Source: Alphaproteobacteria bacterium
Lineage (GTDB): Bacteria; Pseudomonadota; Alphaproteobacteria; RF32; CAG-239
Direction of reading: 5' to 3'
Assembly (NCBI GenBank): GCA_047975765.1
Contig: JBKEEF010000003.1
Location: 3,923 to 67,922 of the forward strand
Length of the DNA: 64,000 nt
Shown: in pieces, positions 9,868 to 22,593 of the stretch
How the letters are laid out: every line of letters begins with the position of its first letter
Position numbering within the stretch: position 1 is the first letter of the stretch
Made by a program: the position numbers and the translations under genes
The notes under the pieces: generated by a model
Told to the model about the DNA's origin: nothing
Database searches by the model: none
Seen by the model: only the letters and a program-made list of their open reading frames with translations

Positions 9868-11562
9868 ATGTCTATCAAACTGACAGTACCAGAAAAGACA
9901 GTAATGCAGCTCAAACCGAGAATTTCCGTAATCGGTGTTGGTGGCGGCGGAGGAAATGCCGTTAATAATATGATTGTGCAAAATCTCGAAGGTGTAGATT
10001 TTATTGTCGCAAATACTGATGCGCAAGCTTTGGAAAATTCAAAAGCAGGACGCAAAATTCAGCTTGGACTAGAAACAACACGTGGTCTTGGTGCCGGTGC
10101 AAACCCTGATATTGGTAAAGTTTCTGCTGAAGAAGCTATGGAAGAAATTGAGAGAGAACTTGATGGTGTCAATATGGTGTTCATCACTGCTGGTATGGGT
10201 GGTGGAACAGGTTCTGGTGCCGCTCCTGTCATTGCAAGAATGGCAAGAGAAAAAGGTATTCTCACAGTTGGTGTCGTAACTAAACCTTTCCAATTTGAAG
10301 GACGCAAACGTTCAGAAATCGCTGACAGATCTATTGAAGAATTCTCAAAAAATGTAGATAGCATCATTATCATTCCAAACCAAAACCTTTTCAGAATTGC
10401 TGACAAAAACACAACTTTGGCAGATGCTTTTGTCATGGCTGATAATGTATTATATGCAGGCATACGTTCTATTACAGATTTAATGATTATGCCTGGCTTA
10501 ATCAATCTCGACTTTGCTGACGTAAAATCTATTATGGAAGGCAAAGGCAAAGCAATCATGGGAACTGGAGAAGCTGAAGGAGAAGAACGTGCGGTGAAAG
10601 CTGCTGAACAAGCTCTTTCTAATCCACTTTTAGATGATTGTTCTGTAATCGGCGCTCAAGGTGTTCTCATCAACATCACAGGTGGCGCTGATATCACTTT
10701 ATTTGAAATTGACGAAGCAGCAAATCGCATCAAAGAAGAAGTTGCAGAAGATGCAAACATCATCTTTGGTTCAAGCTATGATGATAATTTAATTGGAAAA
10801 ATTCGTGTTTCTATCGTTGCTACTGGAATTTCTTCTACACCGAAGGAAATCAGAAAACCAGTTATTCATGAACAAAAACCATTGGCTTCTAATATCATTA
10901 GTGAAGAAATCAATATTCCTAAAGAAACTTTGACAGCCAATCTTGAACAATTCTCTGCAACTAAAGTTGAAGAACATGACGACTACATTCCAAGTTCAAT
11001 CAAGGCTTTCGAAACATTTGAAACTTCTGTTATAGAAGATGAACTTGAAAGTATTCCAACTGAAACTGTTTTTGAAGAACCAACACAAAAGCCAATCAGA
11101 ATTGAAGATTTTGAAACTTATGAAGATCTAGAAAAATCAATTGTTATGGAAGAAATGCCAAAAGCATCTTCTCTCTTCAAAGCAATTGTTAATAAGCCAG
11201 AGAAACCAGTTTCTGAAAATCAATTTGAAATGGCTTTAGCTTCAACACAAAACACTTTTGCTCCAAAAACAACCATCAGAACTGTCGAGGAAGAATCAGA
11301 ACTTTTCCCTGAACATAATCAAGTCTCCTTCAATGCACGTCGCAATGATGCTCAGGAGGAACTCATTATGAATACAGCAGAAGACGAATATACACCAACA
11401 CTCATTGAAAGAGTGACTGGCTTTTCAATTGCAAAAAGAAATAAAAAGAAAAGAGAAGAAGAACAGTTCCAACAACCTGTTTCCTCTTCTTATGCAAGAG
11501 ATGACAATTATTCAGATAATAAGTTGAATCTTGAGATTCCATCTTTTTTACGTCGTAAATAA
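9868..11562 (+). CDS. ftsZ: Cell division GTPase FtsZ with long C-terminal linker; start taken at MSIKL
   Basis: [13 protein letters not shown] tubulin signature; C-terminal conserved peptide DIPSFLRRK. The track ORF starts at 9829, but the GGAG RBS favours 9868. The ~250 aa linker is typical of alphaproteobacteria. Confidence 0.9.
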   Translation: MSIKLTVPEKTVMQLKPRISVIGVGGGGGNAVNNMIVQNLEGVDFIVANTDAQALENSKAGRKIQLGLETTRGLGAGANPDIGKVSAEEAMEEIERELDGVNMVFITAGMGGGTGSGAAPVIARMAREKGILTVGVVTKPFQFEGRKRSEIADRSIEEFSKNVDSIIIIPNQNLFRIADKNTTLADAFVMADNVLYAGIRSITDLMIMPGLINLDFADVKSIMEGKGKAIMGTGEAEGEERAVKAAEQALSNPLLDDCSVIGAQGVLINITGGADITLFEIDEAANRIKEEVAEDANIIFGSSYDDNLIGKIRVSIVATGISSTPKEIRKPVIHEQKPLASNIISEEINIPKETLTANLEQFSATKVEEHDDYIPSSIKAFETFETSVIEDELESIPTETVFEEPTQKPIRIEDFETYEDLEKSIVMEEMPKASSLFKAIVNKPEKPVSENQFEMALASTQNTFAPKTTIRTVEEESELFPEHNQVSFNARRNDAQEELIMNTAEDEYTPTLIERVTGFSIAKRNKKKREEEQFQQPVSSSYARDDNYSDNKLNLEIPSFLRRK

Positions 11563-11576
11563 TTGTTATAAACCAG

Positions 11577-11612
11577 AAAAAAGAGCAAGTTTCCTTGCTC
11601 TTTTTTTTGCAT
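11577..11612. terminator. Bidirectional rho-independent terminator between ftsZ (+) and the small membrane-protein gene (-)
   Basis: AAAAAAGAGCAAG-TTTCC-TTGCTCTTTTTTTT hairpin flanked by A and T runs. Confidence 0.6.
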
Positions 11613-11962
11613 CAATTGTTATTTTTTCGCCGCTCAATTTCAGCCTTAACCAAAGAGAAATACTTACTTGCCAATGTTCCTTGAAAAACTGGCAGTGGAG
11701 CTCGCCCAAATTCAATGTAAGATGCAGGAAGGACAATAACTTGAGAAGAGTAGTAATTTTTTAACTCTAGCAATTCTTCATCTGTCAAATTCTGAGCATC
11801 ATTTTCAAGTTTCTTTAGCATTTCTGTATTTTCAGCATCACTCCTTTCAAACCAAGAAAAAAACCTTTTTACGAAGCTATTTTCAGAAAAAGAAGCCAAT
11901 AAAACTGGCAAAAACAAAACACCAAAAGCAAGGCATATAACCAAAGCAAAAACAATTTTCAT
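11612..11962 (-). CDS. Small membrane-anchored hypothetical protein, paralog B
   Basis: 116 aa; N-terminal TM; shares LTDEELLELKNYY and LPASYIEF motifs with the neighbouring ORF (ITDEELSEMFEYY, LPINHLEF). Confidence 0.5.
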   Translation of the reverse strand: MKIVFALVICLAFGVLFLPVLLASFSENSFVKRFFSWFERSDAENTEMLKKLENDAQNLTDEELLELKNYYSSQVIVLPASYIEFGRAPLPVFQGTLASKYFSLVKAEIERRKNNN

Positions 11963-11995
11963 ACCAAATTTAATTAATTAAAAAATAATAAAGAA

Positions 11996-12355
11996 TTACG
12001 CTTGTACAAGTGTAGCGGATTTTCTTCTTCTGGATAACTCTGAAAATATTTCCCATGATTTTCCTGATAATCCATTCAAAAAAGAATGAGAAGGCATACA
12101 GTGAAATTCCAAATGATTAATGGGAAGAAGCGTTTCCATATGGAAGTAATATTCAAACATTTCAGATAATTCTTCGTCTGTAATAGAAGAAGGATTTTCT
12201 TTAAACTCAGAGTACAATTGAGCAATTTTTTGCTCTTCTTGCCTCATTTCTTCAAAAAAATTTGAAATTGCTAATTTGATTCTTTTCCCTGCAAATAAGA
12301 ACAGAGGAACTAAAACCAGAATCGCCAGCACTAAGATAACTGCTAATGTATTCAT
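11996..12355 (-). CDS. Small membrane-anchored hypothetical protein, paralog A (start taken at MNTLAV)
   Basis: 119 aa from the internal ATG. The longer track ORF (to 12463) would run through the rpoC terminator. N-terminal TM and shared motifs with paralog B. Confidence 0.45.
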   Translation of the reverse strand: MNTLAVILVLAILVLVPLFLFAGKRIKLAISNFFEEMRQEEQKIAQLYSEFKENPSSITDEELSEMFEYYFHMETLLPINHLEFHCMPSHSFLNGLSGKSWEIFSELSRRRKSATLVQA

Positions 12356-12429
12356 AACTTTAAATTTTAATGGTGAATAATAAGATAATAATTTTTTGAT
12401 GTATATATATTCACACAATTTAAAAATAA

Positions 12430-12470
12430 TAACAAGAAAAAAAGAGGCTGCAATTTCTTGCAACCTCTTT
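12430..12470 (-). terminator. Rho-independent terminator downstream of rpoC
   Basis: On the minus transcript: GAGGUUGCAA-GAAA-UUGCAGCCUC stem followed by a U-run. Confidence 0.55.
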
Positions 12471-12488
12471 TTTTTATCAATAAGTCAA

Positions 12489-15400
12489 TTATGACGCATT
12501 TTCAGCTGTTTCAATAACAGCATCTGCTGTTATATCTGCATTTTTCAAAGCGGCAATTTCTTTATCGTTTTGTGCAGCAACACGACGAAGTGCACGAAGA
12601 ACACTACCTGTTCCGGCAGGGATTAGACGTCCAACGATAACGTTTTCTTTCAATCCGATAAGCTTATCGCTCTTACCTGAAACAGCAGCCTCTGTGAGCA
12701 CTCTAGTTGTTTCCTGGAAGGAAGCAGCAGAGATGAATGACTTCGTTTGAAGTGATGCTTTAGTGATACCAAGCAAGATAGAATCTGCTTCAGCAGGGAT
12801 ACCATTTTCTGCCAAAACTTTTGCATTTTCAGCTTCAAAATCATCTCTATCAACTTGTTCACCAATCAAGAATGTTGTATCACCAGGAATTGTGACTTCA
12901 ACTTTTCTAAGCATTTGAGAAACGATTGTTTCAATGTGCTTATCGTTGATCTTCACACCTTGCAAACGGTAAACGTCTTGAACTTCTTTGACCAAGTATT
13001 CAGCCAATTTTTCAACACCAAGAACACGTAAGATATCGTGTGGTGCAGGAGTTCCGTCTACGAGCAAGTCTCCCTTCTTCACAATGTCACCATCATGAAC
13101 AACAAGGTGACGGCCTTTTGGTACGAGATATTCAAGAGGTTCACCCTTCTTCGGAATAACACGAATTCTTTGTTTTGTCTTATAGTCTTTACCATATTCA
13201 ACCATACCATCAATATCAGTGATGATAGCTTGGTCTTTAGGACGACGTGCTTCAAAGAGTTCGGCAACACGAGGCAAACCACCGGTAATATCTTTAGTTT
13301 TTGAGCTTTCACGAGGAATTCTCGCCAAAACATCACCAACTTTTACTTCCACACCATTGTCTACGTTCAAGATTGCATCTACAGCCAAATAGTAACGCAT
13401 TTCTTTACCATTATCGAATGTAATTGCATTTCCTTTTTCGTCTTTCAAGATGATGCTTGGTTTAAGTCCCAAAGTACCACTTTTACCGTTTCTCCAGTCT
13501 GTAACGACTTTAGAATTGATACCTGTTGTTTCATCAACTGTTTCTTTAACAGAAACATTGTTAATCAAGTCAACAAGTTCAACTTTACCTGCTTTTTCAG
13601 AGATGACAGGAATAGTGAACGGATCCCACTCAGCAACTTTTTGTCCTTTTTTAACTTTGCTTTCTTCTTTAACCAAGATTTTAGCACCATAAGGAACAAG
13701 GTGACGAGATTTTTCACGACCTTTTTCATCTTCAATAACGATTTCACAGTTACGAGCAAGAACAACAAGGTTGCCAGCTGAATCTGTAATTGTACGTTTG
13801 TTATCAAGTTTCAAGACACCAGCAAATGGAATTTCGACAGCAGATTGTTCAGCACCTTTTTGTGCCGCACCACCGATGTGGAACGTTCTCATTGTCAACT
13901 GTGTACCAGGTTCACCGATGGATTGTGCAGCAATAACACCAACTGCTTCACCGATAGAAACAGCAGTACCTCTTGCCAAGTCACGACCATAACAAGCTGC
14001 ACAAACACCATTTTTGCATTCGCAAGTGAGAACAGAACGAATTTTAACTTGTTCAACACCAGCTTTCTCAACGAGTTCAGCATCTGCTTCGTTAACAAGT
14101 CTACCCTTAGGAAGAACGAGTGCACCAGTTTCTGGATGAATAATATCTTCACCTAAAGTACGACCCAAGATTCTTTCACCGATAGACACGATAACGTTAC
14201 CACCGTCAACAACTGGACGAATAATGATCCCATTATCAGTTCCACAGTTCGTTTCAGTAATAACCACATCTTGTGCAACGTCAACCAAACGACGTGTCAA
14301 ATAACCAGAGTTCGCTGTTTTCAACGCAGTATCCGCAAGACCCTTACGAGCACCGTGAGTTGAGTTAAAGTATTCTGACACTTTCAAACCTTCTTTAAAG
14401 TTTGAAATAATTGGTTGTTCAATAATTTCACCGTTTGGTTTTGCCATCAAACCACGCATACCAGCAAGCTGACGCATTTGAGCAGCGGAACCACGGGCAC
14501 CAGAGTGAGCCATCATGTAAACAGAGTTGATATAACCGTCTTTAATTTGAGAAATGTTTTTCATCATTTCATCAGCAACTTTATCTGTACAAGCTGCCCA
14601 AATATCGACCACTTTGTTATATTTTTCACCTTTGGTAATCAAACCATTTTGATATTGTTCTTCGAATTCTTTAACTTGCTTTTCTGTTTCAGCAATCAAA
14701 GCTGTTTTAGAATCTGGAACAATCAAGTCTGCCTTACCGAAAGAGATACCTGCTTGACAAGCATGTTTAAAGCCGAGAGCCATAATCTTATCAGCAAAAA
14801 TAACTGTTTCTTTTTGGTCACAGTGACGATAGATAATGTCGATGATTTCCGCAATTTCTTTTTTCTTAACAAGTCTGTTAATCAAAGAGAAAGGAACATC
14901 TTTGTGTTTTGGAAGAACAGCAGAAAGTAAAATACGTCCTGGAGTTGTTTCAACCAAGCCACGTTTCAAAACACCTTCATCATCAATATATTCCATACGG
15001 CATTTGATTTTTGAGTGCAAGTCAACAGCTTTAGCATTAAGAGCAAGTTCAACTTCATCAATATCAGCAAAAACACTGCCTTCACCAATCATACCTTCAG
15101 CTTCATAAGATAGGTAGTAGATACCCAAAACCATATCTTGTGAAGGAACGATAACTGGCTTACCAGAAGCTGGGAGCAAGATGTTATTTGTAGACATCAT
15201 CAAAACACGAGCTTCAAGTTGAGCTTCAATAGAGAGTGGAACGTGAACCGCCATTTGGTCACCATCGAAGTCCGCATTAAACGCAGTACATACGAGTGGG
15301 TGAAGTTGAATAGCTTTACCTTCTACGAGCGTTGGTTCAAAAGCTTGAATACCAAGTCTATGGAGGGTTGGCGCACGGTTAAGAAGAACTGGGTGTTCAC

Positions 15401-16658
15401 GAATAACTTCTTCCAAAACATCCCAAACTTCTGGTCTTTCTTTTTCTACCATTCTCTTAGCAGCTTTAATTGTAGTCGCATGACCATAAAGCTCTAATTT
15501 TGCATATACGAAAGGTTTGAACAATTCCAAAGCCATTTTCTTAGGCAAACCACATTGGTGAAGTTTGAGTTCAGGACCAACCGTAATAACGGAACGACCA
15601 GAATAGTCAACACGTTTACCAAGCAAGTTTTGACGGAAACGACCTTGTTTACCTTTAAGCATATCTGACAAAGATTTGAGTGGACGTTTGTTTGTACCAG
15701 TAATCGCACGTGAGCGACGACCATTATCAAACAAAGCATCAACAGCTTCTTGCAACATTCTTTTTTCGTTACGAACGATAATGTCAGGAGCTTGAAGTTC
15801 CAACAATCTTTTCAAACGGTTGTTACGGTTAATCACACGACGATACAAATCGTTCAAGTCTGAAGTCGCAAAACGACCACCATCAAGTGGAACGAGTGGA
15901 CGAAGTTCAGGTGGAATAACCGGAAGAACATCAAGAACCATCCATTCTGGTTTTGAACCAGATTCAACGAATGCTTCAATGATTTTCAAACGTTTAATCA
16001 ATTTCTTACGTTTTGATTCAGAAGTACTTCCCTTCAATTCATCGCGAATTTCAGTTCTTTCACCTTCTAAGTCAATTTGAGACAAAATTTCTTTCAATGC
16101 TTCCGCACCAATAGCTGCACGGAAACTATCTTCACCATATTCATCTACTGCATTTTGATATTCTTCTTCAGTCAACAACTGATTTACTGCCAAAGGTGTT
16201 AAACCTGGCTCAATCACGATGTAGCTTTCAAAATAGAGAACTCTTTCCAAGTTTTTGATGGAAATATCTGTCAAAATTGCAATACGAGATGGCAAAGACT
16301 TCAAGAACCAAATGTGAGCAACCGGAGCTGCCAATTCGATATGTCCCATTCTTTCACGACGTACTTTGGAAAGTGTAACTTCAACGCCACACTTTTCGCA
16401 GACGATACCGCGATATTTCATTCTTTTATATTTACCGCACAAACATTCATAGTCTTTTACAGGACCAAAAATTCTTGCACAGAACAAACCGTCTCTTTCC
16501 GGTTTGAATGTTCTATAGTTAATTGTCTCAGGTTTTTTAACTTCACCATAAGACCAAGAACGAATTTGCTCAGGAGAAGCAATGGAGATTTTGATTTCAT
16601 CAAAAGATTCTCCACTTGTCACTTGCTGCTGACCAAATAATTTCATTACATCATTCAT
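12489..16658 (-). CDS. rpoC: DNA-directed RNA polymerase beta' subunit
   Basis: 1389 aa; [12 protein letters not shown] catalytic motif and zinc-binding cysteines. Confidence 0.97.
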   Translation of the reverse strand: MNDVMKLFGQQQVTSGESFDEIKISIASPEQIRSWSYGEVKKPETINYRTFKPERDGLFCARIFGPVKDYECLCGKYKRMKYRGIVCEKCGVEVTLSKVRRERMGHIELAAPVAHIWFLKSLPSRIAILTDISIKNLERVLYFESYIVIEPGLTPLAVNQLLTEEEYQNAVDEYGEDSFRAAIGAEALKEILSQIDLEGERTEIRDELKGSTSESKRKKLIKRLKIIEAFVESGSKPEWMVLDVLPVIPPELRPLVPLDGGRFATSDLNDLYRRVINRNNRLKRLLELQAPDIIVRNEKRMLQEAVDALFDNGRRSRAITGTNKRPLKSLSDMLKGKQGRFRQNLLGKRVDYSGRSVITVGPELKLHQCGLPKKMALELFKPFVYAKLELYGHATTIKAAKRMVEKERPEVWDVLEEVIREHPVLLNRAPTLHRLGIQAFEPTLVEGKAIQLHPLVCTAFNADFDGDQMAVHVPLSIEAQLEARVLMMSTNNILLPASGKPVIVPSQDMVLGIYYLSYEAEGMIGEGSVFADIDEVELALNAKAVDLHSKIKCRMEYIDDEGVLKRGLVETTPGRILLSAVLPKHKDVPFSLINRLVKKKEIAEIIDIIYRHCDQKETVIFADKIMALGFKHACQAGISFGKADLIVPDSKTALIAETEKQVKEFEEQYQNGLITKGEKYNKVVDIWAACTDKVADEMMKNISQIKDGYINSVYMMAHSGARGSAAQMRQLAGMRGLMAKPNGEIIEQPIISNFKEGLKVSEYFNSTHGARKGLADTALKTANSGYLTRRLVDVAQDVVITETNCGTDNGIIIRPVVDGGNVIVSIGERILGRTLGEDIIHPETGALVLPKGRLVNEADAELVEKAGVEQVKIRSVLTCECKNGVCAACYGRDLARGTAVSIGEAVGVIAAQSIGEPGTQLTMRTFHIGGAAQKGAEQSAVEIPFAGVLKLDNKRTITDSAGNLVVLARNCEIVIEDEKGREKSRHLVPYGAKILVKEESKVKKGQKVAEWDPFTIPVISEKAGKVELVDLINNVSVKETVDETTGINSKVVTDWRNGKSGTLGLKPSIILKDEKGNAITFDNGKEMRYYLAVDAILNVDNGVEVKVGDVLARIPRESSKTKDITGGLPRVAELFEARRPKDQAIITDIDGMVEYGKDYKTKQRIRVIPKKGEPLEYLVPKGRHLVVHDGDIVKKGDLLVDGTPAPHDILRVLGVEKLAEYLVKEVQDVYRLQGVKINDKHIETIVSQMLRKVEVTIPGDTTFLIGEQVDRDDFEAENAKVLAENGIPAEADSILLGITKASLQTKSFISAASFQETTRVLTEAAVSGKSDKLIGLKENVIVGRLIPAGTGSVLRALRRVAAQNDKEIAALKNADITADAVIETAENAS

Positions 16659-16677
16659 TATTCAATTCTCCCTAGGC

Positions 16678-19600
16678 TTATACTTCTTCGCTCAACAATT
16701 CGATGTTCAAACACAATGACTTAATTTCCTTTGTCAATACATTGAATGACTCTGGAATGCCTGCTTCGAAACCATCTTCACCGCGAACAATTGCTTCATA
16801 AACCTTAGTACGACCACTCACATCATCTGACTTAACAGTTAACATTTCTTGCAATGTATATGCAGCACCATAAGCTTGAAGTGCCCACACTTCCATTTCA
16901 CCGAAACGCTGACCACCGAACTGAGCCTTACCACCCAAAGGTTGTTGTGTAACCAAAGAGTATGGACCAACAGAACGTGCGTGCATTTTTTCATCAACAA
17001 TGTGGTGAAGTTTAATCATATAAATTACACCGACAGTAACTTTTCTATCGAACTTCTCACCAGTTCTACCATCATACAAGTCAATTTGACCAGAAGTTGG
17101 AAGACCTGCTAAAGTGAGCATTTCATCGATATCAGCTTCATGTGCACCATCGAATACTGGAGTTGCCATTGGCACACCAGCTTTGAGGTGATCAACCATA
17201 TCAAGCAATTCATCTTTATCCAAAGCCTTAACGTCACGTTCATATTGTTTTTTACCATAAACGTCACGAAGTTTTGCATTAAGTTCGTCGATTGTTTTTT
17301 CACCGGCTTTATATTGTTCAACCATTTCGTTCAATTGACGGCCAAGTTCTTTTGCAGCCCAACCAAGGTGGGTTTCAAGAATCTGACCAACGTTCATACG
17401 AGAAGGCACACCAAGTGGGTTAAGCACGATGTCTACAGAAGTACCATCTTCCATGTATGGCATATCTTGAAGAGGCAATACGCGTGAAACCACACCTTTG
17501 TTTCCGTGACGTCCAGCGAGTTTATCACCAGGTTGTGTCTTTCTCTTAGTTGCAATAAAGACTTTAACCATTTTAAGAACACCAGGAAGCAAATCGTCAC
17601 CACGTTGAACTTTTTCAACTTTGTTTTCGAAATGTTTTTGAATTTTTTCAATTCTTGCATCAAATGCCGCAACGAAACCTTCAATGTTAGACATTACAGT
17701 TTCATCTTTAACAATGATTTTTCTCCATTGAGCAGAAGGAAGCGTTTCCAAAACATCTAAAGTAACTTTAGAGTTTTTAGCAACACCTTTTGGTCCATCA
17801 ACAACAGTTTGACCATTGAGCATTGTTTTCAATCTTTCTTCAAAGCTTCTACGAACGATGGCAATTTCATCTTCACGGTCTTTAGCAAGTTGAGAAATTT
17901 CTTCTTGTTCAATTGACAATGCACGTTCGTCTTTCTCAACACCACGGCGAGAGAATACGTGAACATCAACAACCACACCTTCAATACCAGGAGCAACACG
18001 AAGAGATGTATCTCTTACATCACTAGCCTTTTCACCGAAGATTGCGCGAAGCAATTTTTCTTCAGGCGTAACTGGGCTTTCGCCTTTAGGTGTAACTTTA
18101 CCAACAAGAATATCACCAGTCTTAACTTCTGCACCAATATAAACGATACCAGCTTCATCCAAGTTGCGAAGCGCTTCTTCACCAACGTTTGGAATATCAC
18201 GCGTAATTTCTTCTTGACCGAGTTTAGTGTCACGAGCCATAACTTCAAATTCTTCAATGTGAAGAGAAGTCAAAACGTCATCACGAGAAACTCTTTCAGA
18301 AAGCAAAATTGAGTCTTCATAGTTATAACCATTCCATGGCATAAATGCAACGAGGAGGTTTTTACCAAGAGCCAATTCACCCATATCAGTACAAGGACCA
18401 TCTGCAATAATGTCACCAGCTTTCACTTCATCGCCAACTTTCACTAATGGAACTTGGTTGATACAAGTGTTTTGGTTTGAACGACGGAACTTTTGAAGTT
18501 TGTAAATTTCAACACCAATGTCTCCAGCATTTCCTGCATGTGAACGAACAACAATACGGTTTGCATCAACTGCATCAACCACACCATCATATTTCACAAC
18601 AACAGTTGCACCAGAGTCACGAGCTACAACAGCTTCCATACCTGTTCCAACGAGTGGAGCAGAAGAACGGAGCAGAGGAACACCTTGACGTTGCATGTTT
18701 GAACCCATTAATGCACGGTTCGCATCGTCATTTTCCAAGAATGGAATCAAAGCAGTTGCCACAGAAACCAATTGTTGTGGAGAGACGTCAATCAAATCAA
18801 TTTCTTCCGCAGGAGCAAGTTCAAATTCGCCTGCTTTACGGCAAGTGATCAATTCTTCTTCAAAACGACCGTCTGCTTTAACCACAGCATTCGCTTCAGC
18901 AATTACATATTTTCCTTCATTATTAGCTGAAAGATAAATAACTTCGTCAGTTACAACACCATTCACAACTTTACGATATGGACATTCAATGAAGCCATAT
19001 TTGTTGATTCTAGCAAATGTAGAAAGAGAGTTAATTAAACCAATATTTGGACCTTCAGGAGTTTCAATCGGACAAATACGACCATAGTGAGTTGGGTGTA
19101 CGTCACGAACTTCAAAGCCTGCTCTTTCACGAGAAAGACCACCAGGTCCTAATGCTGAAAGACGACGTTTGTGAGTAATTTCTGAAAGTGGATTGTTTTG
19201 ATCCATAAATTGTGACAATTGTGAAGAGCCAAAGAATTCACGGATAACAGCAGCAATAGGTTTTGCATTTACCAAATCTTGAGGCTTAACATTAATCAAA
19301 GCTTCAGAACTCATTCTTTCACGAATAGCTCTTTCCATTCTGAGCAAGCCCATACGGTATTGGTTTTCCATCAATTCACCAACTGAACGAACACGACGGT
19401 TTCCAAGGTGGTCAATATCATCAACTTCACCTTTACCATCACGAAGTTCAACAAGGCGTTTCACGATAAGCAAAATATCTTCTCTACGAAGAATACGCTT
19501 TGTATCTGGAGCTTCTTCAAAAGAAACATCAAGTGATGCATTCATTTTCACACGACCTACAGCAGACAAGTCATAACGTTCCATATCAAAGAACAAGTTA

Positions 19601-20844
19601 TTGAACAATTGGTCAGCTGTGTCATAGGTCGGTGGTTCGCCAGGACGCATTACACGATAGATATCAAGCAAAGCTTCTTCACGGCAGCTATTTTTATCAA
19701 TTTCAAGCGTGTTTCTGATATATGGACCAACGTTCACATTATCAATGTAGCAAGTCTTGATTTCAGTAATTTTTGCTGCTTTAATTTTTTCCAAAACTTC
19801 TTTGTTAAGTTCAGCACCTGCATCAGCAAGAACTTCACCTGTTTTCTTGTCAACAATAGCTTTAGACAAGAACTTACCAAACAAATAATCATTTGGAATA
19901 ACAATTGTCTTAAGACCATCTTCAAACAATTTCAAAGCTGCTCTAGGAGTTAATTTTTTACCAGCAGGAACAGCAACTTCACCTGTTTCAGCATCAACTA
20001 AATCGATGTCAAATTTAACACCTTTCATACGTTGATAAGGGAATGCAGTTTTCCAGCCTTTTTTATCAGCAGTCCAAACATCAGTTTCATAGAAGTAAGA
20101 AAGAATTTCTTCTCTATCCATGCCTTTGATGTCTGCTGGATTAATTTTTTTGCCTTCTTTTTCAAGTTTTGCAATTTTTTTTGCAGTTTCTTCAGAATAC
20201 AAAGAATACAAAATTGAAGTCACAGGAATTTTACGGCGACGGTCGATACGAGCATATACCAAATCTTTGGCATCAAACTCGAAATCCAACCATGAACCAC
20301 GGTAAGGAATGATGCGGGCAGCAAACAAATATTTACCACTAGCCACTGTTTTTCCTTTATCGTGATCAAAGAAAACGCCTGGAGAACGGTGCATTTGGGA
20401 AACGACAACACGTTCTGTTCCATTAAACACGAAAGTACCTTTCTTTGTCATCAAAGGAAGGTCGCCCATGTATACATCTTGTTCTTTAATATCATGAATA
20501 GATTTTGCACCAGTTGCTTCATCAATGTCCCAAACAACCAAACGAAGTGTAGCTTTTACTGGAGCAGCATAAGTCATACCTCTTTTGATACATTCTTCAA
20601 CATCGTATTTTGGCTCTTCAAGTTCATAAGAAACGAACTCAAGTTCACCAGAACCGGAATAATCTTTAATAGGGAAGATTGATTTGAAAACTTGTTCAAG
20701 ACCAAATTCGCAGTCAGTATCCTTATTGATAAAGCTGTCGTACGAACCAGTTTGAACTTCGATTAAGCTTGGCATAGCTGACACGGCGTCAATTTTACCA
20801 AAACTTCTTCTTACACGTTTCTTGCTCGTATAAGATTTGTCCAT
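16678..20844 (-). CDS. rpoB: DNA-directed RNA polymerase beta subunit
   Basis: 1388 aa; conserved RpoB blocks throughout. Confidence 0.97.
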   Translation of the reverse strand: MDKSYTSKKRVRRSFGKIDAVSAMPSLIEVQTGSYDSFINKDTDCEFGLEQVFKSIFPIKDYSGSGELEFVSYELEEPKYDVEECIKRGMTYAAPVKATLRLVVWDIDEATGAKSIHDIKEQDVYMGDLPLMTKKGTFVFNGTERVVVSQMHRSPGVFFDHDKGKTVASGKYLFAARIIPYRGSWLDFEFDAKDLVYARIDRRRKIPVTSILYSLYSEETAKKIAKLEKEGKKINPADIKGMDREEILSYFYETDVWTADKKGWKTAFPYQRMKGVKFDIDLVDAETGEVAVPAGKKLTPRAALKLFEDGLKTIVIPNDYLFGKFLSKAIVDKKTGEVLADAGAELNKEVLEKIKAAKITEIKTCYIDNVNVGPYIRNTLEIDKNSCREEALLDIYRVMRPGEPPTYDTADQLFNNLFFDMERYDLSAVGRVKMNASLDVSFEEAPDTKRILRREDILLIVKRLVELRDGKGEVDDIDHLGNRRVRSVGELMENQYRMGLLRMERAIRERMSSEALINVKPQDLVNAKPIAAVIREFFGSSQLSQFMDQNNPLSEITHKRRLSALGPGGLSRERAGFEVRDVHPTHYGRICPIETPEGPNIGLINSLSTFARINKYGFIECPYRKVVNGVVTDEVIYLSANNEGKYVIAEANAVVKADGRFEEELITCRKAGEFELAPAEEIDLIDVSPQQLVSVATALIPFLENDDANRALMGSNMQRQGVPLLRSSAPLVGTGMEAVVARDSGATVVVKYDGVVDAVDANRIVVRSHAGNAGDIGVEIYKLQKFRRSNQNTCINQVPLVKVGDEVKAGDIIADGPCTDMGELALGKNLLVAFMPWNGYNYEDSILLSERVSRDDVLTSLHIEEFEVMARDTKLGQEEITRDIPNVGEEALRNLDEAGIVYIGAEVKTGDILVGKVTPKGESPVTPEEKLLRAIFGEKASDVRDTSLRVAPGIEGVVVDVHVFSRRGVEKDERALSIEQEEISQLAKDREDEIAIVRRSFEERLKTMLNGQTVVDGPKGVAKNSKVTLDVLETLPSAQWRKIIVKDETVMSNIEGFVAAFDARIEKIQKHFENKVEKVQRGDDLLPGVLKMVKVFIATKRKTQPGDKLAGRHGNKGVVSRVLPLQDMPYMEDGTSVDIVLNPLGVPSRMNVGQILETHLGWAAKELGRQLNEMVEQYKAGEKTIDELNAKLRDVYGKKQYERDVKALDKDELLDMVDHLKAGVPMATPVFDGAHEADIDEMLTLAGLPTSGQIDLYDGRTGEKFDRKVTVGVIYMIKLHHIVDEKMHARSVGPYSLVTQQPLGGKAQFGGQRFGEMEVWALQAYGAAYTLQEMLTVKSDDVSGRTKVYEAIVRGEDGFEAGIPESFNVLTKEIKSLCLNIELLSEEV

Positions 20845-21169
20845 TGTGTTTCATCCTCTTAATTTGAATTCTGCGACTATACTGTTGGAAAACCAAACCC
20901 CGTCAACAGAAGGTTTATATTACATAACATGTTAAAATATAAAAGCTCAACCTCAACCACCGTGTCACGTTTAAGACCTATAAGTCAGATTGAATCAAAA
21001 TAATATCTTCTAGATTTTAGCAAATTAAACGGCCACGATAACTTGCTAAAACCCAAAAGGATTTTTTCTTAATAATTTAAAACTCTAAAAAGGTGCATCA
21101 AAAGACCACCTTCTAGAATAACTCACACTCTTATCTCATTGGCAGAAACAATCTGAACTTGAGCCAGAG

Positions 21170-21206
21170 TGCAATGGGGATTTTAAAAGTTTACAAAACC
21201 CCCAAG
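21170..21206 (-). promoter_or_regulatory. rplL-rpoB intergenic hairpin (partial attenuator)
   Basis: GGGGGUUUUG...AAAAUCCCC stem on the minus transcript just 3' of rplL, at the position of the known L7/L12-rpoB attenuator; followed by a long leader to rpoB. Confidence 0.35.
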
Positions 21207-21225
21207 CAAAACACTCTAGAGTAGA

Positions 21226-21594
21226 TTATTTCAATTCTACTTTAGCGCCAGCAGCTTCTAACTTAGCTTTAATTTCTTCAGCTTCAGCTTTAGGAGCAGC
21301 TTCTTTAACAGTTTTAGGTGCGCCATCAACGAGGTCTTTAGCTTCTTTCAAGCCCAAACCAGTAATTGTTCTGATTTCTTTAATTACGTTGATTTTGTTT
21401 GCGCCTGCTTCTGCCAAGATTACATCGAATTCATCTTTTTCTTCTTCAGCAGCAACAGCAGCACCACCAGCGGCAACAGCTACAGCAGCAGCTGCAGAAA
21501 CGCCCCATTTTTCTTCTAACATTTTTGAAAGGTCAGCAGCTTCCATAACTGTAAGTGCTGATAATTCGTCTACCAATTTGGCTAAATCTGCCAT
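21226..21594 (-). CDS. rplL: 50S ribosomal protein L7/L12
   Basis: 122 aa; [12 protein letters not shown]...[10 protein letters not shown] alpha-type N-terminus and conserved C-terminal domain. Confidence 0.95.
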   Translation of the reverse strand: MADLAKLVDELSALTVMEAADLSKMLEEKWGVSAAAAVAVAAGGAAVAAEEEKDEFDVILAEAGANKINVIKEIRTITGLGLKEAKDLVDGAPKTVKEAAPKAEAEEIKAKLEAAGAKVELK

Positions 21595-21804
21595 TTTTTT
21601 TCTCCAATAAAATTAAATTTCACTAAAAATCTAAAAGTCTATAACTCTTAAAAACACAAACTCATCTAAAAAATATTCACAATTTTACTTTTTAGGTTGA
21701 TGAATAGAGTGATTTTGAAGGGAAGAAAAATTTTAGTGTAGATATAACTACATGAATTTTTCGCCACCGAGCAAAATTGCTCTAGATACAACATAAAAAT
21801 AAAA

Positions 21805-22287
21805 TTAAGCAGCTTCTTTTTCAGAATAAGCTTTTGTAACTCTTGCAAGTTGAGATGCAGGAGCTTGTAACAAACCAATAAGTTTCGCTCTGAGTTCGTC
21901 CATAGATGGGATAGAAGCCAAGTACTTAACTTCATCAGCAGAAAGAACTGCTGCGCCCATTGAACCACCAACAACGATTAGCTTTTCATTTGTTTTTGAA
22001 AATTCAACGCAAGCTTTTGCTGCAGATACTGGATCATTAGCAAATGCAATAGCCGTAGGACCAACAAACAAGTCAGCCATATTTTCAAATTTTGTGCCTT
22101 TTAGAGCAAGACGTGTAATACGATTTTTGGTAACCTTAAACCCAGCACCAACTTTTCTGATTTCGTTTCTCAATGCAGAAACTTGAGCCACTGTAAGGCC
22201 CTTGTAGTGTGATACTACAAGCATTTCTGAACTGTTAAACAATTCATTCAGTTCGCTGAGCAACTGTGCTTTTTCTTCACGGTTCAC
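21805..22287 (-). CDS. rplJ: 50S ribosomal protein L10 (probable GTG start at VNREEKAQL)
   Basis: Track ORF 21805-22341 has an 18-aa N-terminal extension; L10 proteins normally begin MNREEK-like. Confidence 0.85.
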   Translation of the reverse strand: MNREEKAQLLSELNELFNSSEMLVVSHYKGLTVAQVSALRNEIRKVGAGFKVTKNRITRLALKGTKFENMADLFVGPTAIAFANDPVSAAKACVEFSKTNEKLIVVGGSMGAAVLSADEVKYLASIPSMDELRAKLIGLLQAPASQLARVTKAYSEKEAA

Positions 22288-22593
22288 TTGAGTTATCTCC
22301 AAAAAAACATTTGCATTACCTGCAATGTTCAGTTTACACAACCACCAAAAAATTTCAGTGGTACTCTAAAATCTGTCCAGGAGAAAAAAGAAAATCTTTT
22401 ATACCTACTCCCGTCTATGTAGGAAATTAAGAGCTTTAATTACTTAAAGACCACCTACAGTCTTGGACAGTGTCCCCAAGTAGATTTCAAAGAAACCCCT
22501 TGAGGGCGGAGATGAAATATAAAACCTCATCTCCGAATTTTTTTGCCATATGAAAAGAATTATCAAAATTCCAATCATAAGCGAAGCAATCTA
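22288..22593 (-). promoter_or_regulatory. Long structured rplJ leader (candidate L10 autoregulatory leader)
   Basis: ~300 nt untranslated gap between rplA and rplJ containing GC-rich stem segments in AT-rich DNA. Confidence 0.3.

Noticed and set aside
9829-11562. Unusually long FtsZ (577 aa) as a possible fusion or insertion
   Set aside because: The long unstructured linker between the GTPase core and the conserved C-terminal peptide is normal for alphaproteobacteria (Rhizobiales ~580 aa).
12650-20682. Numerous 60-170 aa ORFs on either strand inside rpoB and rpoC (e.g. 14415-14930, 17140-17487, 18477-18848)
   Set aside because: They are embedded in, or antisense to, two long, highly conserved genes. 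They have low-complexity or biased composition and no RBS context, as expected for chance ORFs in AT-rich DNA.
21666-21974. 102-aa ORF spanning the rplJ-rplL spacer
   Set aside because: It overlaps the 3' end of rplJ and the intergenic spacer on the same strand in another frame, with no start context. The 210-bp spacer is better explained as untranslated.
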